Shown: positions 1 to 10,980, counted from the first letter of the whole stretch. The stretch: DNA of 63,948 bases, filler included, from Candidatus Hydrogenedentota bacterium (GCA_040752395.1; 11 parts of 11 records of this genome joined end to end with filler, not necessarily neighbours in it); one strand, 5' to 3'. The notes: generated by a model not told the origin, from the sequence alone. Program-made: numbers and translations.

Positions 1-113
1 ACCTGTAAATCATTCTCATCAGCCAGACCAACCTCATCAATAACTTGATTATTATACGGATTTAATACCTTGACATTATCTTTTTTATTTATTCGTTTAC
101 CATTTAGAAACAT
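1..113 (-). CDS. Aldehyde dehydrogenase family protein, N-terminus only (runs off the window)
   Basis: Manual translation MFLNGKRIIKKDNVKVLNPYNNQVIDEVGLADENDLQ matches the ALDH start pattern (xINGK...V.NPY.G.VI..V..A). GGAGG SD lies upstream of the ATG at 113. Confidence 0.7.
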   Translation of the reverse strand, partial: MFLNGKRINKKDNVKVLNPYNNQVIDEVGLADENDLQ

Positions 114-436
114 AGTAAACCTCCATTGTAAAGCATCTTCAAATCTACACACTGTTGGATAAAAGCACTATATGTTGGATAAGTAATATTTTGTCTTTTA
201 TTTTCTCCAATATTTATGCATAACCTACCACCTTTTACCAAAACTCTTTTTGTTTCTTTCCATATCTGGTCCATCCAATCAAGATAGTCGTTATAGTTCA
301 TAAGGTCATTATGATTGCTATAAGGTTTATCGAGATTATAGGGTGGAGAGGTAATAGCAAGATGAACTGACTCACCAGGTAATAATTTTAATGTATCCAG
401 CGCATCCCCACAAATTATTTTATTTATTGGCAACAT
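104..436 (-). pseudogene. Truncated N6/N4 DNA methyltransferase (beta class, N-terminal half)
   Basis: IICGDAL, ITSPPYN catalytic motif and RVLVKGGRLCINI are present. The ORF stops after 110 aa with no FxGxG motif and runs into the ALDH RBS. Confidence 0.75.
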
Positions 437-689
437 AATAAAACCTTTTTCAAATATTTTTAATAAGTTACCTGATTAAACTATAGTTGAGCAGAAAATA
501 CAAGATAAAAATTCATAAAAAAGTGAATTTAAGAGTGTTATTTATGTCTAATATTTTTTTATTGGTTGTGGGGAACATACACAAAGTATCAAAAATTAAT
601 TTTTTGATACATTTATTTTTAAACTATAGTTAAGATAAAAAATTGACAAAAATGTACTGAAAAATATATATGATATAAAGGTAGTATTC

Positions 690-765
690 CCTCAGTCTTC
701 AGTGGGATTCCGTTATCTTGCTTCTTGCTTCTAAAGTATAAGTTCTACTGCACCAATAACTGAGG
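690..765. repeat. Mosaic intergenic element, short form with CCTCAGT/ACTGAGG inverted ends
   Basis: Near-identical in reverse complement to both ends of the element at 45169-45312; contains TCTTGCT heptamers. Confidence 0.85.
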
Positions 766-787
766 CATTACTTAAAGGTAGCAGATA

Positions 788-2653
788 ATGTGTATAGAAA
801 GGGTTTATGAAGAATTAAAAAGAAAAGATAAAATAGAGTGCTATATTCCTATTTTATGGAATTACAGGGGGAAAACTCTCCCAAATAAGAAAACCGAGAT
901 AAAAGTGGATTTAATAAAGTGGATTAGAGATATATTGTACAAAGAGATACTAAGTAAGAAAAAAAAGGATATTGATTATACAAAGCCATTGAAAGATGGT
1001 ATTAAGACAAAGGTGGCTGGGGATTGGATCACAAAAAAGAATATTATGTATGGGATGACGATACGATATTTCTCTGCTTTTGATTTTAATAAAGACAAAA
1101 AATTAAGCGGGAAAGGTTTGTTAAGAGAGACCGGGACGATACTTCGAGCCATAGCACTTCTACCATATTTAAAATCTCTTGGTATTGATGTAGTTTATTT
1201 AACGCCGATTATGAAATATTCTGATAAATTTAAAAAAGGTGACTGGGGCTCTGTTTACGCAACTGAAGATTTCTATACTATTGACCCAAATATTTCTGAC
1301 CCGTTGCTAAAAAATATATCAGCTGATCTGATGATGAAAGCATTTGTTGAATCAGCACATATTTTAAGAATGAGAGTACTTTTTGATTTTGTCCCAAGAA
1401 CTACAGCCCGGGGAAATAATACATTGATATTAAAACATCCTTATTGGTTTACATGGGTTAAAAAAGAGCACATTGACAAAATTAAACCTTTTGAGATACC
1501 GGGTCATTACCTGGGTTTAGCACCGAATAAAGAGACGGTTAAAGTTATATATGAAAACCCACAGTTCAGAGAATATATTACTTATTTTACAGAATCACCT
1601 GATAGATTAGACCCGTTGAAATGGTCGAATTTTGTTAGAGAGATAAAAGATAAAAAAGGCGTTGATGTATTATCGCTTGTTGAAAAAGAGTTCACAGTTA
1701 CAGTTCCACCTGCATTCTCAGACGTCCCAAATGATCCACAACCGCCGTGGTCTGATGTGACATATTTTAAATTATTTGAGGATATACCAGAAGAGGCAAA
1801 AAAATATTTACCACCAGAGACTATACCATATTCATTTTGTGATACAGCAAAAGCATCAAATCTGCCAGGCACCAAGCCTGTCAAAGATTTATGGGAATAT
1901 ATCTCTGAGATAGTACCCTTCTTTATTAAGGAATATGGTTTTGATGGGGTAAGACCTGATATGGCACATGCTTTACCAGTTGAGTTGTTTAATATGATGT
2001 TAAAAAAAGCCCGGGATATTCATCCTGATTTTTGCTTTTTCGCTGAAGAAATAGATGTGAATAAATCAAAAATAACCCGAGAAAATGGGAATAATCTTAT
2101 GGTGGGCGATTTATTCTGGCGGATTACACCACAGAGTAAAAATCTTATGGAATATGTAGAGTTTTTAGATGAAAAAGAGATAATGTTTTTAGGTGGTGTT
2201 GAGATAGCTGACTCTTTAAGAATAGGGAGACTGGGTGAAGAATATGCCAAATGGGCTATCGCGTTTATTATGTTTTTACCTGATACTCTTCCGTTCTGTT
2301 TAAATGGTCAGGAGCTTATTGAAAAACAACCAATGAATTTTGGACTCGTATCCAAAGCTGAACAGAAAGATTATGTAAAAGAAGATGACCACTCTTACGG
2401 TAAACTTGCGTTTTATGATAAAGTCGCTATGCACTGGGAGAATTACAAGACAGGTAATAAAATGTGTAATTTTATAAGAAAGATGAATAGCTTAAGAAAA
2501 AAATATGTAGTAAATGGTAAATGCATAATAAAAGAGGCGGATACTATAAATTATAGATTCGTATGGAAGTCTGATAACGGCAGAATTGAGGCTACTTTTA
2601 AGAATAAAGAACCATACTCATACCAGATTAAAGAGTTCAAAGTAGAGAGATGA
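788..2653 (+). CDS. GH13 alpha-amylase family protein, maltosyltransferase-like
   Basis: LPYLKSLGIDVVYLTP, GFDGVRPDMAH catalytic region, FSDVPNDPQPPWSDVTY; resembles Thermotoga-type maltosyltransferase (recalled similarity). Confidence 0.8.
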   Translation: MCIERVYEELKRKDKIECYIPILWNYRGKTLPNKKTEIKVDLIKWIRDILYKEILSKKKKDIDYTKPLKDGIKTKVAGDWITKKNIMYGMTIRYFSAFDFNKDKKLSGKGLLRETGTILRAIALLPYLKSLGIDVVYLTPIMKYSDKFKKGDWGSVYATEDFYTIDPNISDPLLKNISADLMMKAFVESAHILRMRVLFDFVPRTTARGNNTLILKHPYWFTWVKKEHIDKIKPFEIPGHYLGLAPNKETVKVIYENPQFREYITYFTESPDRLDPLKWSNFVREIKDKKGVDVLSLVEKEFTVTVPPAFSDVPNDPQPPWSDVTYFKLFEDIPEEAKKYLPPETIPYSFCDTAKASNLPGTKPVKDLWEYISEIVPFFIKEYGFDGVRPDMAHALPVELFNMMLKKARDIHPDFCFFAEEIDVNKSKITRENGNNLMVGDLFWRITPQSKNLMEYVEFLDEKEIMFLGGVEIADSLRIGRLGEEYAKWAIAFIMFLPDTLPFCLNGQELIEKQPMNFGLVSKAEQKDYVKEDDHSYGKLAFYDKVAMHWENYKTGNKMCNFIRKMNSLRKKYVVNGKCIIKEADTINYRFVWKSDNGRIEATFKNKEPYSYQIKEFKVER

Positions 2654-2656
2654 TAA

Positions 2657-3406
2657 ATGATAGCTGTTAAACCAGTATTTGTTAAAAAAGAGTGGGGGAG
2701 TGAGACGTGGCTATTCAGCCCAATTAAACCATATATAACAGAACTTAAATCAAGAAAGAAAAAAATTGTCTCTGTAAAAAAGTTGCCAGTGCTTTTAAAA
2801 TACATAGACGCAAAAAATAGAAATTCTGTGCAGGTGCATCCTGATGATATATTAGCAAAAAAACTTTACAATGACTTAAATGGGAAAAATGAAGTATGGA
2901 TCATATTAGATAGTGGCAGCTATGGATATATTTATCTCGGTTTCATAAAAAGATATAGCCACAAAAAGATTAGTGAAAAACTTAAAAATGGTAAAATTAA
3001 AGAGATATTAAAAAAAGTTTATATAAAAGAGGGTGATGTGGTTTATATTCCAGCAGGGACCATACATTGCTTGATGGAAGGGATGAAGGTAATAGAAGTT
3101 CAGCAGCCATCTGACAGAACCTTCAGATTTTACGATTGGGATCGAGTATATAAAGGTAGAAAAAGAGAATTACATATTGATTATGCTTTGCGGGCGATAA
3201 AATTTAATAAAACTGCAAGAGTATATGGAAATATTTTTAAACAATTTGATTTTGTTTTTCCAGATTTTAAGATAAATATCAGCAGAATACATAACAGGAT
3301 ACGTATAAAGATAAAAAAGCTTGTATTGATTCTGTCTATGAATAAACAATTGTTCAATACCTACTATGAAAATAAAACAGATATTAGTACCAGAATTAAA
3401 AAATAA
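2657..3406 (+). CDS. Type I mannose-6-phosphate isomerase-like cupin; C-terminus possibly truncated
   Basis: LLKYIDA, SVQVHPDD, GKNEVW, IPAGTIH, EVQQPSDRTFRFYDWDR, RELHI motifs. Confidence 0.85.
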   Translation: MIAVKPVFVKKEWGSETWLFSPIKPYITELKSRKKKIVSVKKLPVLLKYIDAKNRNSVQVHPDDILAKKLYNDLNGKNEVWIILDSGSYGYIYLGFIKRYSHKKISEKLKNGKIKEILKKVYIKEGDVVYIPAGTIHCLMEGMKVIEVQQPSDRTFRFYDWDRVYKGRKRELHIDYALRAIKFNKTARVYGNIFKQFDFVFPDFKINISRIHNRIRIKIKKLVLILSMNKQLFNTYYENKTDISTRIKK

Positions 3407-4973
3407 ACTAAACGAAGAAGCTTTTATCAAATATCTAAAAGGAGCGCGCTGGTTTGGTGGTAAAGGAAGAACTATTCGAAAAATCCGCATTTTAGAAAGT
3501 GTTCTTTTAAAAGTTGATATGACGGAACAACAAGCTTTACTTGTTATCGAGGTAAATTACATCGAGGGTGCAAAAGAAAAGTATTTACTGCCATTATTTT
3601 TAGCTTATGAGAATAGAGCCCGAATAATAACAGAACGTTTTCCACACTCAATTATTACACACTATCAGTCTGGTGGTAAAGAGTGTGTTCTTTACGATGG
3701 TGTTTATGATGAGAGACTACATCAATTTCTTTTTGAAATAATTTATAAAAGCAGGAGAATAGAGGGTAAATCAGGTGAATTTGTAGGTTATAAAGGTAAG
3801 GGGTTCAGAAGCTTTCTAAAACTCCCGCTTGAATCTTATCTTCTTTCTGTAGAACAGAGCAATACCTCTATAGTTTATAGAGATACCTTTATTTTAAAGC
3901 TATTCAGGCGGATAACCGATGGCATCAATCCTGATGCAGAGCTTATAAAAGCTTTAACTGAGAAAACAAATTTTTCTTATGTTCCGCATTTTGCAGGTGC
4001 TATAGAGTATCGTTGTCGTGACTTAGAACCAATTTTTATCGGTCTTTTACAGGATTTCGTAGCGAATCAAGGCGATGCATGGATATATACACTTAATAAT
4101 GTTAGTAAATATTTTAAATCGTTAAGCGAGTCAACTACGGGGATAACATCGACGGAACTATCATCTATAGTTCTTGATAAAAAATCGTTAGAGCGGTTTA
4201 GTGGGTTACGTAAATTTATAGGTGAATCTTTTTTAAAGATGATAGCCTTGCTTGGTGATAGGACAGCAAGACTGCATCTCGCTTTATCAACTATAGATAA
4301 TCAAAATTTTATACAGGAGCCATTCTCTAAACATTACAAGCGGTTTTTGTATCGTTCTATGAATAATCTGGTGAGAGAGGTATTTCGACTTTTAGATAGA
4401 AGTAGAGAAAATTTCACACAAAAAATCAAATCAGAGGTTTCGAAAGTCTTATCATTAGAAGGAAAGATTTTAGAGCGGCTTGGAAAAATCAACGAAAAAA
4501 AGATACAAATCACAAGGATTCGTATTCATGGTGATTATCACCTGGGGCAGGTTCTATTTACTGGGAACGATTTTGTTATCATAGATTTTGAGGGTGAGCC
4601 AGCAAGACCATTAAAAGAGAGGAAGATGAAACACTCTGTGGTTCGGGATATAGCAGGGATGATTCGTTCGTTTCATTATGCAGTGTATTCTGGATTATTA
4701 AAAGAAGGTTCACGATTTTTAGAGGCAGCGGTTAAGCTATGGTATTTTTATGTAAGCAGTATTTTCCTTTGTGCTTACTTAGAGACAGCAGGTGATGCTC
4801 CTTTCTTGCCTCAAAATAAAGATGAATTCATTGAGCTACTTGAGATATTTCTTCTTGAAAAGGCGGTTTATGAACTTGGTTATGAATTGAATAACCGACC
4901 CGATTGGGTAATTATTCCGATTAAAGGGATAATGTATATACTATGGTCAGACTCGCGTATCTGTCAGAAATAA
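3366..4973 (+). CDS. Maltokinase (Mak/Pep2; TreS C-terminal-type domain)
   Basis: RWFGGKGR, EQSNTSI, LKLFRR, RIHGDYHLGQVL, IIDFEGEP, RDIAGMIRSFHY, LEKAVYELGYELNNRPDW. Confidence 0.9.
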   Translation: MKIKQILVPELKNKLNEEAFIKYLKGARWFGGKGRTIRKIRILESVLLKVDMTEQQALLVIEVNYIEGAKEKYLLPLFLAYENRARIITERFPHSIITHYQSGGKECVLYDGVYDERLHQFLFEIIYKSRRIEGKSGEFVGYKGKGFRSFLKLPLESYLLSVEQSNTSIVYRDTFILKLFRRITDGINPDAELIKALTEKTNFSYVPHFAGAIEYRCRDLEPIFIGLLQDFVANQGDAWIYTLNNVSKYFKSLSESTTGITSTELSSIVLDKKSLERFSGLRKFIGESFLKMIALLGDRTARLHLALSTIDNQNFIQEPFSKHYKRFLYRSMNNLVREVFRLLDRSRENFTQKIKSEVSKVLSLEGKILERLGKINEKKIQITRIRIHGDYHLGQVLFTGNDFVIIDFEGEPARPLKERKMKHSVVRDIAGMIRSFHYAVYSGLLKEGSRFLEAAVKLWYFYVSSIFLCAYLETAGDAPFLPQNKDEFIELLEIFLLEKAVYELGYELNNRPDWVIIPIKGIMYILWSDSRICQK

Positions 4974-4977
4974 AACG

Positions 4978-6609
4978 ATGTGGGAACTAACGTCATCAAA
5001 AGGTCTGAACTGGGCTGTTGAACCAACAACTGATAGTAAAGTCGCTTTTGCGTTATACGATAAAAAAAATGATTCATACCAGGATAGATTTTTATATAAT
5101 ATAGGCCAGCCCATACCCGATCCACCAATACATAGTCTTCATAAAGATATCCCAGCGGGTAATATAAAAAAGATATTGGCGTTTCCTGACTTAAGTACCA
5201 TATCTTTAATATGCGAATATATGGGAAACGAATATAATATAGAATTTATTGGTAGTAATCTAAACATTATATTTAATTATAAAACTCTGAATTATAAAAA
5301 TCCCTGTTTAGAATCTTTTATTATTTTCAATGATAAAAGGATTAAAATACCAGAGCAGTATGGTTCATATGTTTTTAATCAAGAAGGGGAGTATTCAAAG
5401 AATGCTAAAACCATAAAAATAAAACAGGAGAGACTCAACCCGATAAAAACAGCGGTTTTAGGGAATACATTAAGGGATAAAGACACTGGCTTACTTTATA
5501 TCTCTGTTAATAGAGCATGGGTTGAGATGATGAGTAAAATTGTGGGTTATAACAGGGAGTTAGAAAATACATTAGTTTTTATCTGGGACGCTGCGTTTAA
5601 TTCACTTTTGGCCAATAGTTTTGATTTAAAATTAGCAGAACAAAATCTAAAACTTTTATTTTATCAACAGGATAAAGATGGGATGCTACATCAAGTTCGA
5701 GTTGGGAATAGAAAGAATAATTTAACCGGCCTACCAATTGTAAGTTATGTTGTATGGAAGATGTATAAGAGATGGAAGAACAAAAGATTTTTAAAATGGA
5801 TTTATCCTGAATTAAAGAAGTGGCATTTATGGCTTAAGAAAAATCGTGATAAAAATAATGATGGTTTATTAGAATGGGGTTGCGAAAATGAGGGAGATAT
5901 AATTGTCTCTGGTAGTGATGGTGGTTTTTATGAGAGTGGCTTAGATGATTCACCTATGTGGAAAGAAGCAGAGTGGGATGATAATTTGAGAACCTTTAAA
6001 ATGAATTGTGTCGACCTTTCAAGCATTTTTTGTCTTGACTCTTTAATACTATCATTTATAGCCTTAGAACTTAAGAAAAGAAAAGAAAGCCTATTTTTTA
6101 AAGATGAGTATATTAAGTTAAAGAAAATAATAAATGAAAGATTATGGGATAACAACAGAAAGTTATATGTAAACAGGCATTGGGATGGAAAATTTTCAAG
6201 TGAGATATCCCCCACGTCATTTTATCCATTATTAGCAAAAATACCAGATAGAGAGTCTGCTTATTTTTTAATAAAAAAGCTATTTGATGAGAGGTTCTTC
6301 TTTGGTGAATATATTATCCCATCTATTTCAAAAGATTCAAAATATTACAATCCTGATGGAGATTACTGGGCTGGCAGGGTCTGGCCGCCGATGAATTATC
6401 TTGTATATGAGGGAGTGAGATTGTATGATAGAAAATCAGCGGACATATTGTATAAAAAATATAAAGAAATTTTTTTCAGGGAATGGGAAGAATCTGGTCA
6501 TATTCATGAAAATTATAGTGCTTTAACGGGTCGTGGTGAGCCAGAGCCAGGAACCTATGCAAGAAGCTGTCCATTTTATACATGGGGTGGTCTGCTGATT
6601 TTATATTAA
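4978..6609 (+). CDS. GH63/MGH1-like (alpha/alpha)6 glycoside hydrolase (trehalase-like family)
   Basis: FIWDAAF, ESGLDDSP, YWAGRVWPPMNYL and HENY motifs. Confidence 0.8.
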   Translation: MWELTSSKGLNWAVEPTTDSKVAFALYDKKNDSYQDRFLYNIGQPIPDPPIHSLHKDIPAGNIKKILAFPDLSTISLICEYMGNEYNIEFIGSNLNIIFNYKTLNYKNPCLESFIIFNDKRIKIPEQYGSYVFNQEGEYSKNAKTIKIKQERLNPIKTAVLGNTLRDKDTGLLYISVNRAWVEMMSKIVGYNRELENTLVFIWDAAFNSLLANSFDLKLAEQNLKLLFYQQDKDGMLHQVRVGNRKNNLTGLPIVSYVVWKMYKRWKNKRFLKWIYPELKKWHLWLKKNRDKNNDGLLEWGCENEGDIIVSGSDGGFYESGLDDSPMWKEAEWDDNLRTFKMNCVDLSSIFCLDSLILSFIALELKKRKESLFFKDEYIKLKKIINERLWDNNRKLYVNRHWDGKFSSEISPTSFYPLLAKIPDRESAYFLIKKLFDERFFFGEYIIPSISKDSKYYNPDGDYWAGRVWPPMNYLVYEGVRLYDRKSADILYKKYKEIFFREWEESGHIHENYSALTGRGEPEPGTYARSCPFYTWGGLLILY

Positions 6610-7057
6610 AGTAGTCAAAAATCATACAACAGGTCTCTGAAAAAATAAATTTTCGTGACAAAAACGAGTGCAAAAGTAATTTATGGTCAAAAGGATTAAG
6701 AGAGAATCAGAGAAGCAAAATACACACAGAGCCATCCAGTGAAATTATCCGCAGGAACGAATGCAGTCTGGGCAGAAGTAAATATTTTGCATAACAGGGG
6801 TTAGGTGAACAAAGTGAGTGTCTGGAACAAAGTTTTTTCTTGTGTGTGTCTTTGCCTGCCTGGCGCGACGGAGCGCGGCGCAACCAGGAAGAGAGATTGC
6901 AAAGAGAGAAACCTTGAGGGATGTCAGGCGGAATAATGTCAGGATGAATTGTTTTTGGAATGGTCAGGTTAAAATGTGCCGAAAATTTACTAAAAAATGT
7001 CTCGACAAACGGGAAGCACTACAATATCTTGCTATAACAATTTGCAGGGTAAATTTT

Positions 7058-7609
7058 ATGACTATTATCGATATAATACTTTTAATTATAGCTGTTTTTT
7101 TTGTGTACAGGGGCTACAAACGTGGCTTAATTCGCGAGTTATTAGGTTTAATAGCTCTTTTTTTTGCTGTGATAATCTCAGTTACACAGTATGGTTATAT
7201 TGCAGATATATTAAACAGATATATTTCGATTACAAATAATACAATTTTAAAGATGCTATCAATTTTTATTTTATTTGTTGCGATTGAGATATTTTTTATT
7301 ATTGCAGCTTATTTACTTAAAAGAATAATTGAAAAATTTGTTATAGGGAAAATTTTCAATCGTTTTGGTGGTATGATTTTTGGTTTTATAAAGATATCAC
7401 TAATTATTCTTTTTATTACAACATATATTTTTTATATAATTCCAGGAAGTAAAGATTATATAAGTGAAAGGTCAAAAATTTTAGCATATTTTGAAAAAAC
7501 CGCTACCTTCTCTATGGATTGTATTTATTATTTAGCAAAGAGATATCCATATTTAGTAAATAATAGATTTATAAAAGACCACAAGCATTTTCTTAGTAAT
7601 CAATATTAA
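7058..7609 (+). CDS. CvpA (colicin V production) family membrane protein
   Basis: MTIIDIILL...GYKRGLIREL...NRFGGMIFG. True start is probably the ATG at 7058 rather than 6818. Confidence 0.85.
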   Translation: MTIIDIILLIIAVFFVYRGYKRGLIRELLGLIALFFAVIISVTQYGYIADILNRYISITNNTILKMLSIFILFVAIEIFFIIAAYLLKRIIEKFVIGKIFNRFGGMIFGFIKISLIILFITTYIFYIIPGSKDYISERSKILAYFEKTATFSMDCIYYLAKRYPYLVNNRFIKDHKHFLSNQY

Positions 7610-7648
7610 CCAATTAATATTTTAGAAAGCCATAAATAAAGGTATATT

Positions 7649-7690
7649 ATGAACTATTTTTTATATGTTCGGAAATCAATGGAATCAGCG
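7649..7690 (+). pseudogene. N-terminal remnant of a serine recombinase
   Basis: Manual translation MNYFLYVRKSMES contains the YxRxS catalytic motif; similarity is lost afterwards. Confidence 0.5.
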
Positions 7691-7808
7691 GTAGGCACAT
7701 CAGGTGGATGGTTGTGCCCTTGATATATTGAACAGCCACGGCATACCGGCGGTACTGACCGGCCAATGCTTGCTGGTTCTATTGGTTGTGCAGGAAACAC
7801 AGCCCCGG

Positions 7809-7910
7809 CGCTTCTTTACTCAATGCCAGTTTGGTTGATTTTGCAAGCATAAGAAGATTATGAATCTTCGGCGGTATTTCCTTATTATCTTTAACATAAA
7901 TGGCTTTCAA
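7809..7910 (-). pseudogene. Internal HEPN-domain fragment
   Basis: Manual translation LKAIYVKDNKEIPPKIHNLLMLAKSTKLALSKE aligns by eye with LKAIYIQKKSSQPPRIHNLIYLTDILELDLSED of the HEPN at 10289. Confidence 0.7.
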
Positions 7911-7912
7911 TT

Positions 7913-8543
7913 TTGGAATTAATTACTTTAAACTATAAAGAAGCCATAAAAATGCTTTTTCCTCAATCTCTGCATCAGCTTTGTATAGTACATCTGAAAA
8001 GAAATTTATATCGCAACCTATCTAAAGAAGATTACATCGTTTTTAAGCAGGAACTCGAAATGATATTTCTACTTACCAATTATACAGAAGCAGTCGATAA
8101 ATTTCAGTCTCTTTGTGATCGATTTTCCACTAAATATCCGTCTTTTATGGATAGTCTTAAAAAAGATGTGCTACTTTATTTCCAATTTATCCGTCTACCC
8201 ATAGATACAAGAAAACATTTAAAGACAACAAATCTTGTAGAGGGAATAAATAACCTGATTCAAAAGTTACAGAATGATTGCGGTGGATATTTTAGAAGCC
8301 AAAATCATTTAAAGGTATTGTTTATGATACAATATCACTCTTTTTATTTACACAATTTTTCTATTGACATCCCCTTGACTTCTTTCCATAAGTCTGATTC
8401 TGTTAAGGCTGTTAACGGCTTACTCATGCTATTCATAGGGTATGTTCCTCCTTTTTAAGAGTTTTTATACTTAATTAAGGAAGAATATGCCCTTTTTTAT
8501 TTCTTTTCAATATTCAATTTGCACTAAACTTTATACATTATCT
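7913..8543 (+). mobile_element. IS256-family transposase C-terminal remnant with terminal-like sequences
   Basis: QLCIVHLKRN and KTTNLVEGINN motifs; IS256-type end-like sequences near 8346-8374 and 8518-8543. Confidence 0.8.
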
Positions 8544-8594
8544 GTAATAAATTGTGCTTGACACTATATGTAAGGAACATGATAATTTATTATT

Positions 8595-8987
8595 ATGAAT
8601 TACAAGGATACGGTTAGATATTGGCTGACGTCAGCAAAAGACGATTATAAAGCGTCCTGCAGTCTGTTTGATAAAGGGAATTATATGCCTTCATTATTCT
8701 TTGCGCATCTTTATATTGAAAAAGTCATGAAGGCACTTTATGTATACCGCCACCGGCAGCAGGCGCCGTTTGGCCATAATGTAGCGCTGCTTGCGGAAAA
8801 ATCAGGAATCACCTTTGATGAAGACCTATGGGATTTCCTATATACGATAACCGAATTCAATATTAAAACCAGGTATCCTGATCACAAATTTAAAATCAAA
8901 AAAAGGTGTAACAAACGATATACCGAAAAAATATTAGATAAAACAAGGAAGACTGCTCTATGGTTAAGAAGACAAATAAAATTATAA
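8595..8987 (+). CDS. HEPN domain protein (HEPN-MNT toxin-antitoxin)
   Basis: W...AKDDY..., EKVMKA, PFGHN, KTRYPD; overlaps a downstream MNT gene. Confidence 0.88.
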   Translation: MNYKDTVRYWLTSAKDDYKASCSLFDKGNYMPSLFFAHLYIEKVMKALYVYRHRQQAPFGHNVALLAEKSGITFDEDLWDFLYTITEFNIKTRYPDHKFKIKKRCNKRYTEKILDKTRKTALWLRRQIKL

Positions 8988-9277
8988 AAACAGTTAATCG
9001 ATATCTGGAATTACTTATGGCGAGCGGAATAAACATCAAAGCCGCATATATGTTTGGATCAACGGCACGAAATAGCGCAAATCCCGATAGCGATATTGAT
9101 GTCGCAATTGTTAGCCCGAATGTTACGGGAAATCCTGAAAAAGACACAAAAATGTTCTGGCGAATGACCCGGCTGGTCGATTCCCGGATCGAACCCGTGT
9201 ATTTTTCTCCTGATGAATTTTTAGATTTCATTCCGCTGGTATGGGAAATTAAGAACAACGGCATTAGAGTGTATTAA
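8960..9277 (+). CDS. Minimal nucleotidyltransferase (MNT)
   Basis: YMFGSTAR...DSDIDVAIV (GS-x10-DxD motif). Confidence 0.9.
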   Translation: MVKKTNKIIKTVNRYLELLMASGINIKAAYMFGSTARNSANPDSDIDVAIVSPNVTGNPEKDTKMFWRMTRLVDSRIEPVYFSPDEFLDFIPLVWEIKNNGIRVY

Positions 9278-9460
9278 ATAAGTTTTCATTTTAAATTCTT
9301 TGCGGCAATCTTTTACTCGTTCGCAGAACAATCCTCGACCATAGAAGGTAGTGTCAACAATCTTTCGCACGGCATTGTGCTTATGTAAGTCATTAATGCC
9401 AGCCTGCTGAGAGCATTAATTTATCAAAAAAAAATTGACAAATTCTTCCTGCCGGCTTCC

Positions 9461-9682
9461 GTGTCCGCGGCAAATTGGTACGTGAACGACACTTCTACGG
9501 CTGGTGACTCGTGGTGCACTGCGATTGGTGCTGATACAGGGATTGGCACTGCTGATACACCGTTTCTTAGTATCGACTCAGCCCTTGCCGCAGCATCTGC
9601 AGGTGATACGATTTATATTGACGCTGGAACTTATTCAGAAACTGTGGTCATTGATTCGGATTATGTCTCAATCATCTTATAA
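9461..9682 (+). pseudogene. N-terminal fragment of a secreted parallel beta-helix (DUF1565-like) protein
   Basis: WYVND...GTADTPFLSIDSALAAASAGDTIYIDAGTYSETVVI followed by an immediate stop. Confidence 0.7.
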
Positions 9683-9720
9683 TAAACACAATTTTTCTAT
9701 CAGCTCCCGGCGCTCTTGAT

Positions 9721-10035
9721 ATGGTTTCCTACGTCAACGTTAAAACAAGAATAGAAGCAGAACGTAGTCTCGATGCGGTTGACCGTGCTCTACTGATGGT
9801 TGCTGAAGCAAGGGCTGGTCTCGGAGCTATGGCAAACAGAATCCAGAGTGCAGTAAACTCACTTGGCGAGTTTTTCGATCAGAACCAGAATTCAGAAAGC
9901 GGTATACGCGATGTAGATATGGCTTTAGCAGTGACAGAAATGACGCGACATACGATCAAATCACAGGTCTCAACCTCTATGATTGCACAGGCAAACATAA
10001 TGCAGCAAGCTGCTCTCCAATTAATGCGGGCATAA
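9721..10035 (+). pseudogene. Flagellin C-terminal fragment
   Basis: RAGLGAMANRIQSA, SESGIRDVDMA and MIAQAN...ALQL; the N-terminal flagellin domain is absent. Confidence 0.85.
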
Positions 10036-10288
10036 TGAGCCAAGTGCTTCAACCTATTCTCCATTCGGATGCTTTAGATTCCAAACTCGAAAACAAAAAT
10101 CCGTTGCATATTGATCAAATTCCGCAAATAAGATTTTAATAAGGCAGTCCGATTTTATTTTTTGTAATTTCAATATAATCAATATAATGTAAAGAGGGTC
10201 ACAAGACCTGTCTTTAAAAAATGAGGTTTTAAAAAAGACCTGGAAGATAATATTTGACAGAATTATTTTGTGGCTTAATAATATATTT

Positions 10289-10687
10289 ATGAAAAATAAT
10301 TTTGCTGATAAACATATCCTATATTGGATTGATATAGCCGATTATGACATAAAGACAGCTGATAAGATGTTCAAAACAAGCAGATATTTATATGTTGTTT
10401 TTATGTGTCAGCAAAGTATTGAAAAAATATTAAAAGCTATTTATATACAAAAAAAATCAAGTCAGCCGCCACGGATACATAATTTAATATATCTTACAGA
10501 TATATTAGAACTGGATTTATCAGAAGATCAGATTGATACACTGGAAAATTTATCAAAATATTATATTGAAGGCAGATATCCGACTTATAAAGTAAGGTTA
10601 TCCAGATTAGTTAATCGAAATAAAGCAGAAAGTATTTTAAAATCGACAAAGGAGTTATATAAATGTTTGAAATCCCTGATAAAATAA
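10289..10687 (+). CDS. HEPN domain protein
   Basis: WIDIADYD, FMCQQSIEKILKA, PPRIHNL, EGRYP; ATG start at 10289. Confidence 0.9.
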   Translation: MKNNFADKHILYWIDIADYDIKTADKMFKTSRYLYVVFMCQQSIEKILKAIYIQKKSSQPPRIHNLIYLTDILELDLSEDQIDTLENLSKYYIEGRYPTYKVRLSRLVNRNKAESILKSTKELYKCLKSLIK

Positions 10688-10980
10688 AGAAAGGTTTAAC
10701 ATTATATATTAATGAGTTAAAAAAGACATTAAAGATTAAGCAGGTAATATTATTCGGCTCTTATGCAAATGGCGATTATGATAAAGAGAGTGATATAGAT
10801 ATAGCTGTGATAGCAGAAAATTACCCATATAAAGAAAGGGTAGAGAACATTAAAATGTTGCTTCATAAATCAAGAAATTTAAAATTGAATATTGAGCCTA
10901 TTCCTTTTACAGTAAAAGATTTAAAGAGGAAAAATTATTTTATTGAAGATATCTTAAAAAATGGGATCAGGATTTATTAG
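10663..10980 (+). CDS. Minimal nucleotidyltransferase (MNT)
   Basis: ILFGSYANG...ESDIDIAV. Confidence 0.9.
   Translation: MFEIPDKIKKGLTLYINELKKTLKIKQVILFGSYANGDYDKESDIDIAVIAENYPYKERVENIKMLLHKSRNLKLNIEPIPFTVKDLKRKNYFIEDILKNGIRIY

Noticed and set aside
6620-7050. ORF extension 6818-7057 and a possible attC or ncRNA near GCATAAC (6789)
   Set aside because: The extension is not CvpA-like, and I could not find a convincing paired R'/L structure or RNA family.
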